From: a virus
Strand: one strand, 5' to 3'
Virus genome (UHGV): UHGV-0142770
DNA length: 39,194 nt
The translations under genes and the position numbers were made by a program. Below are positions 7,378-18,258 of this stretch, piece by piece (the stretch's first letter is position 1; every line of letters begins with the position of its first letter). Under the pieces are notes generated by a model. The model worked only from the letters and a program-made list of their open reading frames with translations. It made no database searches and was not told the origin of the DNA.

Positions 7378-9852
7378 TTATTGCGGAGTGACATCCTGAG
7401 GTCGCCACCAGTATGTCTGGTTAAACTCTTTCTTCGAACGTTGCTCCATTTTACGCAAATAGCCTGGTGAAAAATACTCCTGCATCTGATTAAAGATCAT
7501 GTGATCGAGAGCCGCCTTCAAGTACCAGAGATTCGCACCAGGCATCAAACCTTTCCCAAGCTTAACCAGATCACCACCAGTCTGCTCATTCTTCCCTTCC
7601 ACAGCATTTAACGGTATGCCCTGAGCAATCTTCACTACGTCATCAACCAGACCAGCTACCGGGCCAAGCATCGACGCTAGTGCGCCGCTCCCGTACCTGG
7701 TGTGGTCAGAGAAAAGAAAATCACCATACAACCCTGCCCCACCACCTTTTAAAAATGCATTTATCCAGAATTTAACCATGTTGTCACCGGTCATTTCTTT
7801 TGGATTTCTCCCATTAATAAGATCAGTAATCTGCATGGAAAGAGCACCAAGCATGGTTGTGCTTGCTAAAAACGTTGCTATATATGCCGCACGCCCACCA
7901 GCAGACGGCATCCCCATAGCTCTATGCCAGTGACGCATAACTACCGAGATAGGGAACGATTTAAACAGGAAAACACTTCTCGTTAATTCACCTTTCCATG
8001 TTCCACGCTGAAGACCAGACCCTACGAACATCTGTTCACGTGCGCCCGGTGTAATAACAGCCATATCAACTTCTTCAGTTACGGCACCGAGCAGTTTACG
8101 CATTGCCTCAAATTTCACACGTTCAGGCTCACCAAGATGTTTAACTGCTGAATCAGGGATACGCATAATGCTTTCCGGTGTCAGCATCGTATTATTACCG
8201 TTCCCCCAGTCCTCCTGTTGCGCCAGCTTCCATACGCTCCAGTCTGTGTCAGTAATCCCTTTGCTTTTCAGGATACGAAAATCAGAGTCATCGAGGCTAC
8301 GAAGGTCTGGTGTCCGTGACACTACTTCTCCCAGGCTTCCCATCATGGTTACGCCATAAGCGCGCTTGTGCGCATCTGACCATGCTGTAAGCCCACTGGC
8401 ACGCATTACCGCCGTTGCCGCCCAACGAGACACTGACGGCCCCATATTATCCATCGCCCAGCGGTTAACGCTGCCAAGTAGAGATTCCATCGCCAGACCA
8501 GCGCGGCGCGCCCGCGCAAGTTCTGTACGGTTCGTTGGGTCCATAGCTTCAAGCTGGTTGCGGAATAACTGGTTCATTGGAAGGTTGGTAACCTTCGCAG
8601 ACAGATACATGGTTCCAAGATCAGAGAACGATGACAGCAACGCGGATCCGAGCCTGCTGGCAACCAGCCAGTTTCTGATATTGTCAGACCAGCGCGCGAT
8701 GTGAGGATTCGCAACAGGCTGTGTCTTTCCGGAAATAAAGTTGTACAGGTTCTCTGTTTTGTTCGCCAGCCGCTCGACGCTACCGGTTTTACTCGGGTTA
8801 GCTGTTGCCGTTTCTGCCTTCACCTGATCAAGAAGGGAACGGAAAACATGATCGGGGTTTGGACCATATGTTTCCACCAAAGCAATATCTTTACTGATCC
8901 CTTCCAGGTGACCGACCATGATTTCCCATAGAGAGCGATCGCCATAAAGTTGCTGATATTGCAGATAGGAATCTGCATCTTTGAAATGTATCTGTCGTGA
9001 TGCATTACCACGGTTAGCACGTGCGCCGGAAATTCGCATTCCGGTATCAGTAAGCTTATTCAGCCCACCAGTAGCGATCGTGTTATAAGCCTCTCCAAGA
9101 AATGCAGACAACTCGACATCGTTCATCAGTTGTCCATCGGCTCGGGTATAATATTTGCGATCCAGCTTACCTATAACATCGCTAACCCATTTATCTTTTG
9201 ATACCGCCCCAACCTTTTCCATAGAATGATGTTGAGGGATCCCCCAGTTTTCGAGATAGCCAATGTCCCCACCAGCATCATTAAACCGGCGGCGCAGTAG
9301 CTCTGTCACTTCTCTCCACGCCTTAGCACCTTTTCTTGCTTTAGCATTGCCAGTATTTTGCCCTCGCATTTCATATACCAGGTCACGCACGCCCGCTTCA
9401 TCTTCAAACAGGCCAAAAAAGCGAGGATCAACTGCTTCGAATGCCTCCTGCAATTGACTCAATGCATAATCACGAGTGGCTTTTGTTCTGGACTCAACAG
9501 AGAGGAAATTCGATTTACCGTCTGCATTAAAAGCAATAGTACGGTTAAGAGCGCCGAGTTTCCCATCAGCCCCTTGATAGCTATTGATAAATTTATCCAA
9601 TCTCTGACGTGCGGCTATAGTGAGGGCCACACGACGTTTATTTAATGCCGCTTCTCGCTGTAATTCTTCAGATGCCAATTGTGCTGCACGATATAGCCGC
9701 TCTGATTCGGAAAGTTGTCTCCACGACATCGGGTCATCACGAGCAATGGAGCGCATATTTCGATAAATGCGGTCTTCAATATTCTGTATTTCTCGCGCCG
9801 TTAACGTGCGCTGCGCCGCCTGCTGGACCGCTTGTATACATTCCTGTCTCAT
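7378..9852 (-). CDS. Large internal virion/ejection protein (T7 gp16-class by position)
   Basis: 824 aa, last of three consecutive large ORFs between tail tubular genes and operon end; no enzymatic motif recognised. Confidence 0.55.
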   Translation of the reverse strand: MRQECIQAVQQAAQRTLTAREIQNIEDRIYRNMRSIARDDPMSWRQLSESERLYRAAQLASEELQREAALNKRRVALTIAARQRLDKFINSYQGADGKLGALNRTIAFNADGKSNFLSVESRTKATRDYALSQLQEAFEAVDPRFFGLFEDEAGVRDLVYEMRGQNTGNAKARKGAKAWREVTELLRRRFNDAGGDIGYLENWGIPQHHSMEKVGAVSKDKWVSDVIGKLDRKYYTRADGQLMNDVELSAFLGEAYNTIATGGLNKLTDTGMRISGARANRGNASRQIHFKDADSYLQYQQLYGDRSLWEIMVGHLEGISKDIALVETYGPNPDHVFRSLLDQVKAETATANPSKTGSVERLANKTENLYNFISGKTQPVANPHIARWSDNIRNWLVASRLGSALLSSFSDLGTMYLSAKVTNLPMNQLFRNQLEAMDPTNRTELARARRAGLAMESLLGSVNRWAMDNMGPSVSRWAATAVMRASGLTAWSDAHKRAYGVTMMGSLGEVVSRTPDLRSLDDSDFRILKSKGITDTDWSVWKLAQQEDWGNGNNTMLTPESIMRIPDSAVKHLGEPERVKFEAMRKLLGAVTEEVDMAVITPGAREQMFVGSGLQRGTWKGELTRSVFLFKSFPISVVMRHWHRAMGMPSAGGRAAYIATFLASTTMLGALSMQITDLINGRNPKEMTGDNMVKFWINAFLKGGGAGLYGDFLFSDHTRYGSGALASMLGPVAGLVDDVVKIAQGIPLNAVEGKNEQTGGDLVKLGKGLMPGANLWYLKAALDHMIFNQMQEYFSPGYLRKMEQRSKKEFNQTYWWRPQDVTPQ

Positions 9853-9857
9853 TTAAT

Positions 9858-11660
9858 TTAACCTCTCAAGAAACACGCCACAGCGACATCAAACAGGCTG
9901 GAATCCTGTATTGCCTGCTCACTTTCCCTGTTCGCTTCATCCAGTACTTCACGCGCGCTGCGCGATTGTGGATTACCATCATCATCCAGCACGGTGATTA
10001 TCATGTCAGGTGATTCAAGCAGCGAGTCTTCAGCTATGCGCAGATCAATATCTCCTGCCTGATCCGCCATCATTTTTTGTTCTGCCTGTTGCAATATTTT
10101 ATCAGGCTCAAAAGGAGCTACTTCGTCTGGCGTCCTGACCTCTGCTGTTTTATAGAATGAAACAGCCTGAGCATTAAGTTCACTTTCTGCCTGCTGTCTC
10201 CGAGCCAGTTCTGCTCGAGCTTCAAAAAACTGACCGCCAGGCTCATGCGGTGCCAACGCGTTACGAGAAAATTCCAGGCGTTCTTGTGCCTGCCGGATTC
10301 GTTGGTCAATATCGCGAAGTCTGGCCTGTTTATCTGATCGAGCACGAGATAAAGCCTTACCGCTACCGGCTGAATCTTCTGCAAGAATTTGTGCGCGCTG
10401 TTCAGTGAGATTTTCAATAATTCGTTGGCTATTAGCGATTTCAGACTGGTAAACCTGTCTATCGCCACGCGGCAAAAGCTGCGCGGCCTGTTCTTCAAGC
10501 AACCGATTTTCTATAGCGCGCGCCGTTACTCCATCATCTACAGATGACAGAGCCTCATTAACTGCCTGAGAAAGCAGACTCTTGCGCCCAGGAATTTCAC
10601 TGAAAGATGCAGACTCAACAATGCTGGCAACGTCTACAGGTCTCCCCTGGCTAACATCAGACATGGCTTTTCGCAGAGCCTGAATGTGCGAATTACGCGA
10701 AAGCACGTTGATCGGCACGCCGGGAGCAATATCAATTTCAGCATGATGAGCGGCATTCGCCGCCAGTGCAGCATCGATATCAACTGGTGAAAAATTTGGT
10801 GCGCTTGTAGACTCGCCGCGAGAGTTAATAAATCTGCCGACACCACCAAACGCCACCCCAAGAACAGCATCAATAGCAATTGCCTGTCGATCCAACACAT
10901 CATACTGGTTAGCCATTTCGCTATAGCCACCATCACGAAGCGTTTTTGCAGTAAGCCCACGCTGTGCCATACCGAACGCAATATTTGTACCTGCGGCATA
11001 GGCAATATCTGGCGTTGCACGTACTGCTGTTGCTGCGGCGCGTCGCACTGAACTTTCACCCGTCCGCGCAAGCTGAGCCGCCACACCTTCCGCCAGCGCA
11101 CCACCAGCACGTAACCCGAGGCTCATAGGGATCAGTGTTCCGGCACCAGCAGTAATACCCTGCACTAATCCCGCTTCCTGCGCCGTCCTGAAATCAACAC
11201 CCTGTGCTGTCAGCCGTTCAAACTCAGAAAAACCCTGTAGAGAAGTTACCGCCGCAGCACCTCCGACCGGACCACCGAGCGTTGTACCGACAACAGCCTG
11301 CCCGCCCATATCGAACAACCCATGAAGGACCTGCCCGGCGGTTCCGGTTGTCGCGGCATCAGGCGTCAGCCGCTTAACCTGCTGCTCTGCTAGTTTTCTC
11401 TGCTCAGCAATGTATGAAACTGAAGTGTCATTGAGCGAGGTGTTTTCGTTAACAAACTGAGCTATCGGGGATACGATTTTATCCATCCCTGCCCATAGCA
11501 ACTGGTCTGGCTTTGCCACCAGCCCGGAGTACAAACCAGACAATGCCGCTCCTACAGCATTGTCGAAAAAACCAACATCGCTGTTAAAGCCAGCTGGATT
11601 TGATGCTGCTTCGTCAAGCTGCTGATTCTGGTTTACTGGATTAAGGCCAAAGTAACTCAT
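9858..11660 (-). CDS. Internal virion/ejection protein (Ala/Gly-rich)
   Basis: 600 aa, low-complexity Ala/Gly-rich segments with coiled-coil C-terminus; translationally coupled with the upstream gene (ATGA overlap at 11657-11660). Confidence 0.55.
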   Translation of the reverse strand: MSYFGLNPVNQNQQLDEAASNPAGFNSDVGFFDNAVGAALSGLYSGLVAKPDQLLWAGMDKIVSPIAQFVNENTSLNDTSVSYIAEQRKLAEQQVKRLTPDAATTGTAGQVLHGLFDMGGQAVVGTTLGGPVGGAAAVTSLQGFSEFERLTAQGVDFRTAQEAGLVQGITAGAGTLIPMSLGLRAGGALAEGVAAQLARTGESSVRRAAATAVRATPDIAYAAGTNIAFGMAQRGLTAKTLRDGGYSEMANQYDVLDRQAIAIDAVLGVAFGGVGRFINSRGESTSAPNFSPVDIDAALAANAAHHAEIDIAPGVPINVLSRNSHIQALRKAMSDVSQGRPVDVASIVESASFSEIPGRKSLLSQAVNEALSSVDDGVTARAIENRLLEEQAAQLLPRGDRQVYQSEIANSQRIIENLTEQRAQILAEDSAGSGKALSRARSDKQARLRDIDQRIRQAQERLEFSRNALAPHEPGGQFFEARAELARRQQAESELNAQAVSFYKTAEVRTPDEVAPFEPDKILQQAEQKMMADQAGDIDLRIAEDSLLESPDMIITVLDDDGNPQSRSAREVLDEANRESEQAIQDSSLFDVAVACFLRG

Positions 11661-14170
11661 TGCGGAATATCTCCGGAGAATCTCTGACGCTTCTGTGTCA
11701 GATTAAGAACAACGGGAGAACCATCATCTTTCAGCAGATAACCAGTACCAAGTTTCACCAGGTACTGACTATCGCCGTAACTTTGCAAACCATACTGACC
11801 AGGCGGTGTTTTTATCCCGGAGCCGACAACTTGTTCATTCCAAGCCTGATTAACCTGCTTATCGAATTGCTCTGCAGACATTCCCCACGGCAAAAGGACA
11901 TTCCCCATTCCGTTATAGTCATGCACGCCACCTGTAGCTACGTTAACAGCCTGTTTCCAGACATCATTGTCAATTTCGCCTGATACCACGCCTTTTTTCG
12001 CCATCACACCAGCGTAATAATCCTTTGCGATCTCGTATGCCATTGATGCCCCCTGAGCGTCACCAGCAAATGCATCCTTCACCATGTCAGAAAACTCAAG
12101 GCGAAGATCAGCATCTTTAGGCATCGGAATACCTTTCGCATCATCAGTACCTTTACGAGCCGCCGCGCCAGCAAGAATTGTCTGCGCAGCGGTTTCAGGA
12201 GACACGGAAACATCCGGATTAAACCAGTTTTTTTCTGCCAAAATACCACCAGGCTTATCCATCAGTATCCCGGCAACGGCAGCAGATGGAGCGTTGGTAC
12301 TGATCTGCTGTAGTGCTGACATATACACCTGCCCACCACCAGTGCTCTGCCTGATGGTATCGAGATATGCTGCCTGTTGGGAAACTGGAGCATCACGAAA
12401 GAAAACACCGATCTGATTGGCCTCGTCTTTGGAAAAGAACGTCAGTGGAGTGCCATATGACTTAGCAAGGTCACTGACCTGAGCGGCACGCAAGGCAACG
12501 CTCTGTCCAAAGTTATCCTTATTGCTCATGTCGATAGGCTTTGCCTGTCCGGAGGCAAGAGAGAACTGCACAGGATCCGACTGCCGCTGCTTTATCACCT
12601 GATTTGCAGCCGAAACAACGTTGTCATAAAGAGCTGCGCGTGCCGCATAGCCCTCCCCTGTATCACCAGTATCCGGGCGTAATTGCTCAACATATGCTGT
12701 AATGCTGCTTGTCGGCATGTTGCGGAAAGAGCCTATATACTGTCCGGCGATCTGCGTATTCTTAAACTCGGTATATCGCAGGTTTCCTTCTCTGACTCCA
12801 TAAGCTGCAATAAAATCAGCCTCACCAGGTGGGTTAGGAAATTCAACGCCACGCATATACGCAGCTGTCGCATCGCGAACTTGGCTGTCAATCATCGTTT
12901 TATATTCAGCCTGCTGCTGCCGACGCAGTTGATCCGCCTGTCGCATAAAACTTGCCTGCGCCTCAGGAGATGCCGCATCGAATGCTGCATTACCGGTATA
13001 GCGTTTGGTGTTGGTTGGAATTGTTGATAAACCAAGTGCTGCACTGACACCAGCAGTTAACTGCTGATCACTGTATGGCTGGCTACCGTTCTCATGATGG
13101 ATAATGGCTGCACAAAGCGCCTTCAGGGTATCAGGATTTGATGCATCGAGAGGCTCATCAGCAGAAACGCCAAGTTGTTCGCACACTGCTTTGATATACG
13201 ACATAGTGTCATTTTTATCAGTAGGCGGTGCCCAGCGATTAATTATCTCGCTGACGGTATCAATACCCTGCCGCTGATACGACATCAGGTTCCGCCCTAA
13301 TGCACGAATCCCGTGTTCAGGTGTTTCGAATTTAGCAAATCTACCATCATCACCGGTCTGGCCTACCCACGGATTAGTTTTGCTGTATTCGAGATTTCCG
13401 GGGTTATTGTTGCGTATGCCACGGACACGCTCGGAAGAGCCACTATCTGTTACAGCACGGCGAGCTCCAGCAGCAGTATCACTTAACTCGCCATTACTTT
13501 GGATGAATGCGGTCGCATTGTTTGCCGACCACTGGGACAATGCTGCATCAGCAACCTTCTCTTTAAACTCGATTTTCTTGGTCTGTATTTGCTCGTCGCT
13601 CCAGCCATGTGCAGCACCGTACTCCTCAATTTGCTGGAAAGTTTGCTTATTAGCCAATACGTATGCGGCATTGTCGCCATACAATGCTGCGGCATTTTTA
13701 CCATTGTTCAGCAGCGTCGCCTGAAACTGACCTTCTTCGTAGGCATTAATTTGCCCTATCTCGTGCCGCCCGGCCTGCGTAGTGAACTGAATGCGCTGCT
13801 GCTGCGCCTGCTGCATGAAAGCATTACGAGCCTGTTCATCCGGCAGCGACATAGCCAGTTGTTCGACCTGAGCATCAAACTGCTGCGTATACTCATGGCC
13901 TTTTCCAATAGCATTTTTCCCTTTCAGGTTAAGCAAACCTGTTTCAGGGTTATTCAGCAGATCACTGCTTATCTGACTGAGGTTAAGAGATGCCTCCTGA
14001 GCCAGAGCGATATTGGCACGCTGTTTTGCCTGCCCCAAAACATCAATTGCCTCTGTCCCTGCCCGAACAAAAGCATCACCAATACCTGGCTGAGAAAACG
14101 TCTGCAAGCCTGCTGACTGAACTCCACGGCTCTCAACCTGGCGTCCGGATACTGTTGGTACGACTGGCAT
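11657..14170 (-). CDS. Internal virion protein with putative peptidoglycan-hydrolase region (gp15/gp16-class)
   Basis: ATG at 14170 with GGAGG 6 nt upstream, overlapping the upstream stop. Contains GIRNNNPGNLEY...FAKFETPEHGIRALGRNL, which I recall from virion-associated cell-wall hydrolases. Confidence 0.6.
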   Translation of the reverse strand: MPVVPTVSGRQVESRGVQSAGLQTFSQPGIGDAFVRAGTEAIDVLGQAKQRANIALAQEASLNLSQISSDLLNNPETGLLNLKGKNAIGKGHEYTQQFDAQVEQLAMSLPDEQARNAFMQQAQQQRIQFTTQAGRHEIGQINAYEEGQFQATLLNNGKNAAALYGDNAAYVLANKQTFQQIEEYGAAHGWSDEQIQTKKIEFKEKVADAALSQWSANNATAFIQSNGELSDTAAGARRAVTDSGSSERVRGIRNNNPGNLEYSKTNPWVGQTGDDGRFAKFETPEHGIRALGRNLMSYQRQGIDTVSEIINRWAPPTDKNDTMSYIKAVCEQLGVSADEPLDASNPDTLKALCAAIIHHENGSQPYSDQQLTAGVSAALGLSTIPTNTKRYTGNAAFDAASPEAQASFMRQADQLRRQQQAEYKTMIDSQVRDATAAYMRGVEFPNPPGEADFIAAYGVREGNLRYTEFKNTQIAGQYIGSFRNMPTSSITAYVEQLRPDTGDTGEGYAARAALYDNVVSAANQVIKQRQSDPVQFSLASGQAKPIDMSNKDNFGQSVALRAAQVSDLAKSYGTPLTFFSKDEANQIGVFFRDAPVSQQAAYLDTIRQSTGGGQVYMSALQQISTNAPSAAVAGILMDKPGGILAEKNWFNPDVSVSPETAAQTILAGAAARKGTDDAKGIPMPKDADLRLEFSDMVKDAFAGDAQGASMAYEIAKDYYAGVMAKKGVVSGEIDNDVWKQAVNVATGGVHDYNGMGNVLLPWGMSAEQFDKQVNQAWNEQVVGSGIKTPPGQYGLQSYGDSQYLVKLGTGYLLKDDGSPVVLNLTQKRQRFSGDIPQ

Positions 14171-14715
14171 TATAATCCTCCGGGTAATCTGGTTCCTGCT
14201 GCTGCCCCGATTGGCGCAGGGGTGCTTTGAGTAAACGGACTCCACGTCCCACCAAACATCTGGTACGCACCGTATGCCTTCAGAGGCGCAGTGAGCAATG
14301 TTGTTGCTGCTCCCACATTCCCCTGTTTACGGGCTGAACTGGCTTCTGCTTTATAGTTGGCAGCCTGAACCTGATAACCGTAAGCCTCGCGTTGCGCGTT
14401 ATTCACCGTCGTCAGCGAATCAAGAGCGCCAAACTGAGCAGTGTCACCAAATATATCCAGCGCGTTACCGGTAGATAAATCAGCGCCGGTAGCCCCCATT
14501 GTCGCCGCCTGTGTACCAAGCCGCTGTCGGGTCTCTCTGCGCCGTTGCTCAGCTTCAGCGTTACCCCTGTTTATTGCATCATTTGCCTGAGCTGTGGCTA
14601 TATCTGCGTTCGCTTCTGCAACCTTCGAGGCATACTTTCCCTGTTGGTACTGGGTGTATGCCTGAATGCCACTCATGGCGAGCATTGCGCCACCAGCAAT
14701 AACCGGATCGCACAT
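14170..14715 (-). CDS. Internal virion protein (T7 gp14-like by size and position)
   Basis: 181 aa, Ala/Gln-rich, between the gp13-like and gp15-like ORFs. Confidence 0.45.
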   Translation of the reverse strand: MCDPVIAGGAMLAMSGIQAYTQYQQGKYASKVAEANADIATAQANDAINRGNAEAEQRRRETRQRLGTQAATMGATGADLSTGNALDIFGDTAQFGALDSLTTVNNAQREAYGYQVQAANYKAEASSARKQGNVGAATTLLTAPLKAYGAYQMFGGTWSPFTQSTPAPIGAAAGTRLPGGL

Positions 14716-15179
14716 TATTTTCTCTCCATGTGAAATCTGTGGAAATTAAGACCAAGAGCACCATAAGGCGCGGCTTCTTCAAGCCTGAATCCAAGCCAGT
14801 GCAGCCATGCTTTGGCAACATGGTTTCGCTCGTCGACATAGTTTTCCAGGCGCGGATAAACTGCCAGCATCTGCTGCAATACAGGGCGGCAGTGGCGAAG
14901 AAATGTCTTCTGATATTTTTCGATACGGCTGGTTCCGACCAGCCAGGGCGTACCATTGCCACCGATCATTGACGCCGGAGATACGCCAAACATGGTTACC
15001 AGTTCTCCGTTCGCAAATCCTGACCAGGCCATAGTCGCAGTACGCAGACCAACACGCAGCGCATCTTCGGTAGTCATCAGCGATACCGCATACAGTTCGT
15101 CAATATCAGCCTGACGAACATCCGGCAAAATCATCTGAAGATGCTCTTCGGTAGCGGGAATAATTTGAACGTCGATCAT
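14715..15179 (-). CDS. Virion-module protein (T7 gp13-like by position)
   Basis: 154 aa, coupled to neighbours (start/stop overlaps at 15179 and 14715); function not recognisable. Confidence 0.45.
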   Translation of the reverse strand: MIDVQIIPATEEHLQMILPDVRQADIDELYAVSLMTTEDALRVGLRTATMAWSGFANGELVTMFGVSPASMIGGNGTPWLVGTSRIEKYQKTFLRHCRPVLQQMLAVYPRLENYVDERNHVAKAWLHWLGFRLEEAAPYGALGLNFHRFHMERK

Positions 15180-17650
15180 CAGAATCCCCCAACAGTAAGG
15201 CGAGGAATAACGGCAAGAACAGACAGCGGCAACGGATCAAGCTGACGGATTTTTACACGTCCGTTTTTGCCCCAGTTACTGTCCAGTTTCACTTCTACTT
15301 TTCCGGTAGCATCATCAACAGGATCATCGTAGAACTCGAATTCACGCTGTGGATATTCGTACCATTTACCGCCAGGCGTAGTGGCCCAGATGCCGCGACT
15401 GGCATTCACAACCAGAGTAACGGATGGGATCACCTGTTTTTTGTCCAGCAGCGTTTCCTGTCCGTTAATGTTGATATCCAGTGTTTCGAATTCAGCAGTT
15501 ATTGGCAGGCCGATGTGCACCACAGCCCCCGGAGATTCCAGCGTGACGGCACCTCCGGAAACTACTTTCTGTGGTTCCACGTTCGCATCAGAGAGAATGT
15601 TTACGGTCTGGCCTTCAAGATGAGACAGGCCTCCAAATGTCCGGCGCGCCATCTGCCAGTTCGTGGTGCCCACATTCCTGAGGGATGGCGGGACGTTCCT
15701 GTTAGCACGAACCACTACAGCGGTATTGCTGGTTACAGAAATGATGTCGCAACGTAATTCTTTTGACACTTCATCGCCAGTATCAGGATCAGTTCCGGTA
15801 TAAGGGAACTGTAGTTGCGCGCCGACATCACTACTGGTGAAGTACGCACCACCAGAAACACTGATTGTATATTCCGCGCGGTAATCCCATTCGCCAGAAC
15901 CACCAGTGATGATCATCGTTCTGTCAGACGTATTTCTTCCATCATAGCTAAGGCCAGAATCAACAAAGAAAGCATCTTCATCGCTGGTAAATAAACGGCT
16001 GGACAGTCGCTCGATGTATCTCACTGTTTGCCCGTTAACGGTTCGGTTAACGACGAAATACACCGCATCTTCATTGCCTTCGCTGATACTGCATGTGCTT
16101 TCATATTTTCCGGTACTGGATTGTGGTGCCCATGCAAAAACCTGCTGATCACGCAAATAGGTCATCACCAGTAATTTACCGTCATCACGGATGCAGAAGG
16201 CGCTGGAGTAAGGGACTATTGAGAAGCACCAGTCAACAATGCTGTGCTTCTGAAAAAGATGATTGGCAAGGATAGTAAGGTCGTTCCCCTGATAGCCGTC
16301 AACATCGAATGAGTAGGCGAGATCACGGACAACACTGCCTTTCTCCTGGACGAACAGAGCAATATTCGCCACGGCAATTGGTGGGACATTGCTCGAGCCA
16401 TTTGATCCCTGAGAGCTGAATGCAAATGATGATGGGGTAAGCACTTTGTTCTGGTCGCCAGTGATGACGTACTCACCTCCGGAAGTCAGCGCCACCAGCG
16501 AACCAACATCAATCAGGTGACGGATCTCATTAACCTGACGCCCGGCATAGGTGTAGATAATTCTGTCGTCATCCTGCGTAGGATTGCTTTTGCCAAAATC
16601 CTTATAATCCCCAGTACGGCTGGCCCAGATAGTCTGAGGGAACGCAGTCGATGCGGCGAAGTAAAGACGTTGTTGATAATAAACAACAGTGCCAGGATAA
16701 CCATTAACACTGTTCCAGGCATATTTAGCCCATTTATAGCTGGCATTATCCTCGCCAACGACCTGCGAAGGGATATAGGAAATCACCTCGGCAGTTGCAG
16801 TAGTGCCGTTTACAGCAGTGATACGGGTAATGCCAAAACCACTGTGCAGATACTCCCACTCAATGCCAGTATCATCATCACCGGATCCGCCCCAGCCATC
16901 CCATGATGTGCCTTCTGTATGCGAAGGGCGCAAAGTGCCTGTTTTGCCTGCTGTAACGGCGCGATAGTAGTTACTGTCTGCACGGCGAATATCGCCAATC
17001 GACGTACTCTTACTGGTTTCCCATACCGGCACTGAATCCACTGCAGGCTGTTCCAGATAGAACAATTTGCCTACCTGCTCCGCGCCAAAAATAGAGGCGC
17101 TTGCCGTTAACGTAATTGTCCCGGTGCTGGCGCTGGCATAAACCGTCACTGACTCGTCAATATTGATATCTTCAAATGGCCCGTTCTTCGTTACCACATC
17201 AACCAGTTGCCAGTTGTCATGCGCATAGCGGCGCAACTCTTTCGGCGGGTATGCCGGGTGAACCAGCGTAAGCACGTCGGCGCTTTGCGTAAATTTAATT
17301 CGGAACAGATCGGCTTCAGTATATGGCGTGGCAATTTCATAAATAACATTGCTGCTGTTCAGCACCAACGCACCATCTTTGATAACGCGCATGTACTGGT
17401 GCCCGAACTCCAGAGCATAGGTCTGAACCGTCGAGAACTGGAACGGGATCAGGCGGCATTTCCGATTTGGGTATTTGGCGGCACCGACAAAACGCGTACC
17501 AGGTCGATTCTCAACGCCGCCATACTGCCGCACGATAAAGTTATCGCACTTGCGCAATGCCACCTGGTACTTCGCCATGTCGATACGACCGTACAACGAC
17601 GGTCCAATCTCACCACCGGCAAAGCTGGGCTGGATCCAACTGATAGCCAT
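15179..17650 (-). CDS. Tail tubular protein B-like (nozzle, T7 gp12-like)
   Basis: 823 aa directly after the gp11-like gene; N-terminus (AGGEIGPSLYGR...VENRPG) follows the gp12 N-terminal pattern; size matches gp12 (~794 aa). Confidence 0.55.
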   Translation of the reverse strand: MAISWIQPSFAGGEIGPSLYGRIDMAKYQVALRKCDNFIVRQYGGVENRPGTRFVGAAKYPNRKCRLIPFQFSTVQTYALEFGHQYMRVIKDGALVLNSSNVIYEIATPYTEADLFRIKFTQSADVLTLVHPAYPPKELRRYAHDNWQLVDVVTKNGPFEDINIDESVTVYASASTGTITLTASASIFGAEQVGKLFYLEQPAVDSVPVWETSKSTSIGDIRRADSNYYRAVTAGKTGTLRPSHTEGTSWDGWGGSGDDDTGIEWEYLHSGFGITRITAVNGTTATAEVISYIPSQVVGEDNASYKWAKYAWNSVNGYPGTVVYYQQRLYFAASTAFPQTIWASRTGDYKDFGKSNPTQDDDRIIYTYAGRQVNEIRHLIDVGSLVALTSGGEYVITGDQNKVLTPSSFAFSSQGSNGSSNVPPIAVANIALFVQEKGSVVRDLAYSFDVDGYQGNDLTILANHLFQKHSIVDWCFSIVPYSSAFCIRDDGKLLVMTYLRDQQVFAWAPQSSTGKYESTCSISEGNEDAVYFVVNRTVNGQTVRYIERLSSRLFTSDEDAFFVDSGLSYDGRNTSDRTMIITGGSGEWDYRAEYTISVSGGAYFTSSDVGAQLQFPYTGTDPDTGDEVSKELRCDIISVTSNTAVVVRANRNVPPSLRNVGTTNWQMARRTFGGLSHLEGQTVNILSDANVEPQKVVSGGAVTLESPGAVVHIGLPITAEFETLDININGQETLLDKKQVIPSVTLVVNASRGIWATTPGGKWYEYPQREFEFYDDPVDDATGKVEVKLDSNWGKNGRVKIRQLDPLPLSVLAVIPRLTVGGF

Positions 17651-18258
17651 CAGGACAACCTCGCAATGGTAAACTCATCAACCGGTGGCTGTGGTTCCTG
17701 TGATTCATTCTGGCTATGCGAGCCAGCACTAAGAATCACGCGATTGTACATATTGAGGGCAAACGTACCGAGGTCTGCATTCCCAGTCAGCGCCATGTTA
17801 ATAGCTGCCGCAAGACGCCAGGCCAACGCCTCCATAAAAATGGCATCAAACATGTTCACATCTGTAACGCGAGAGACATACTTGAGCCATGCCTGAGGCT
17901 GATCTGTGTAGATCAACTTTCCTGTTCCGTTGGTGTCTGCACCAACTTCGTACTGAACGCGCATTGATGCTGTTGGATTGCGTACACCAGGAAGCATAAT
18001 TTCAGTAATGCGCAGACAATCTGACGGGTACTGGTACGCATATTCCCAGTCAGGCGGTGGATTGCTCGTATCTGCAAGCGCCACGCGTTTGGTAGCAAAG
18101 TTCCAGTCAAAATCAGAAAGCACAGCATCACGGCAGGCCTCAAAGTGCAGCGAACATTCCCCCGCTTCCTTGCTGGCTTCCGTCAGGCTGTTAATGCTGC
18201 GGCTGTTGCCAATATTGGACAGCGCACGATTACAGATCTCTACTACAGAGGCCATCAC
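17650..18258 (-). CDS. Tail tubular protein A-like (gatekeeper/adaptor, T7 gp11-like)
   Basis: 202 aa (T7 gp11 is 196 aa); N-terminal CNRALSNIGNSRSINSLTEA...DFDWNF follows the gp11 pattern ILASIGEPPVSTLEG...SRGWTF. Confidence 0.6.
   Translation of the reverse strand: MMASVVEICNRALSNIGNSRSINSLTEASKEAGECSLHFEACRDAVLSDFDWNFATKRVALADTSNPPPDWEYAYQYPSDCLRITEIMLPGVRNPTASMRVQYEVGADTNGTGKLIYTDQPQAWLKYVSRVTDVNMFDAIFMEALAWRLAAAINMALTGNADLGTFALNMYNRVILSAGSHSQNESQEPQPPVDEFTIARLS

Noticed and set aside
8168-14116. Numerous 60-200-aa ORFs on the plus strand across 7378-17650
   Set aside because: All are antisense to the long, translationally coupled virion genes and lack start-site context; shadow ORFs.
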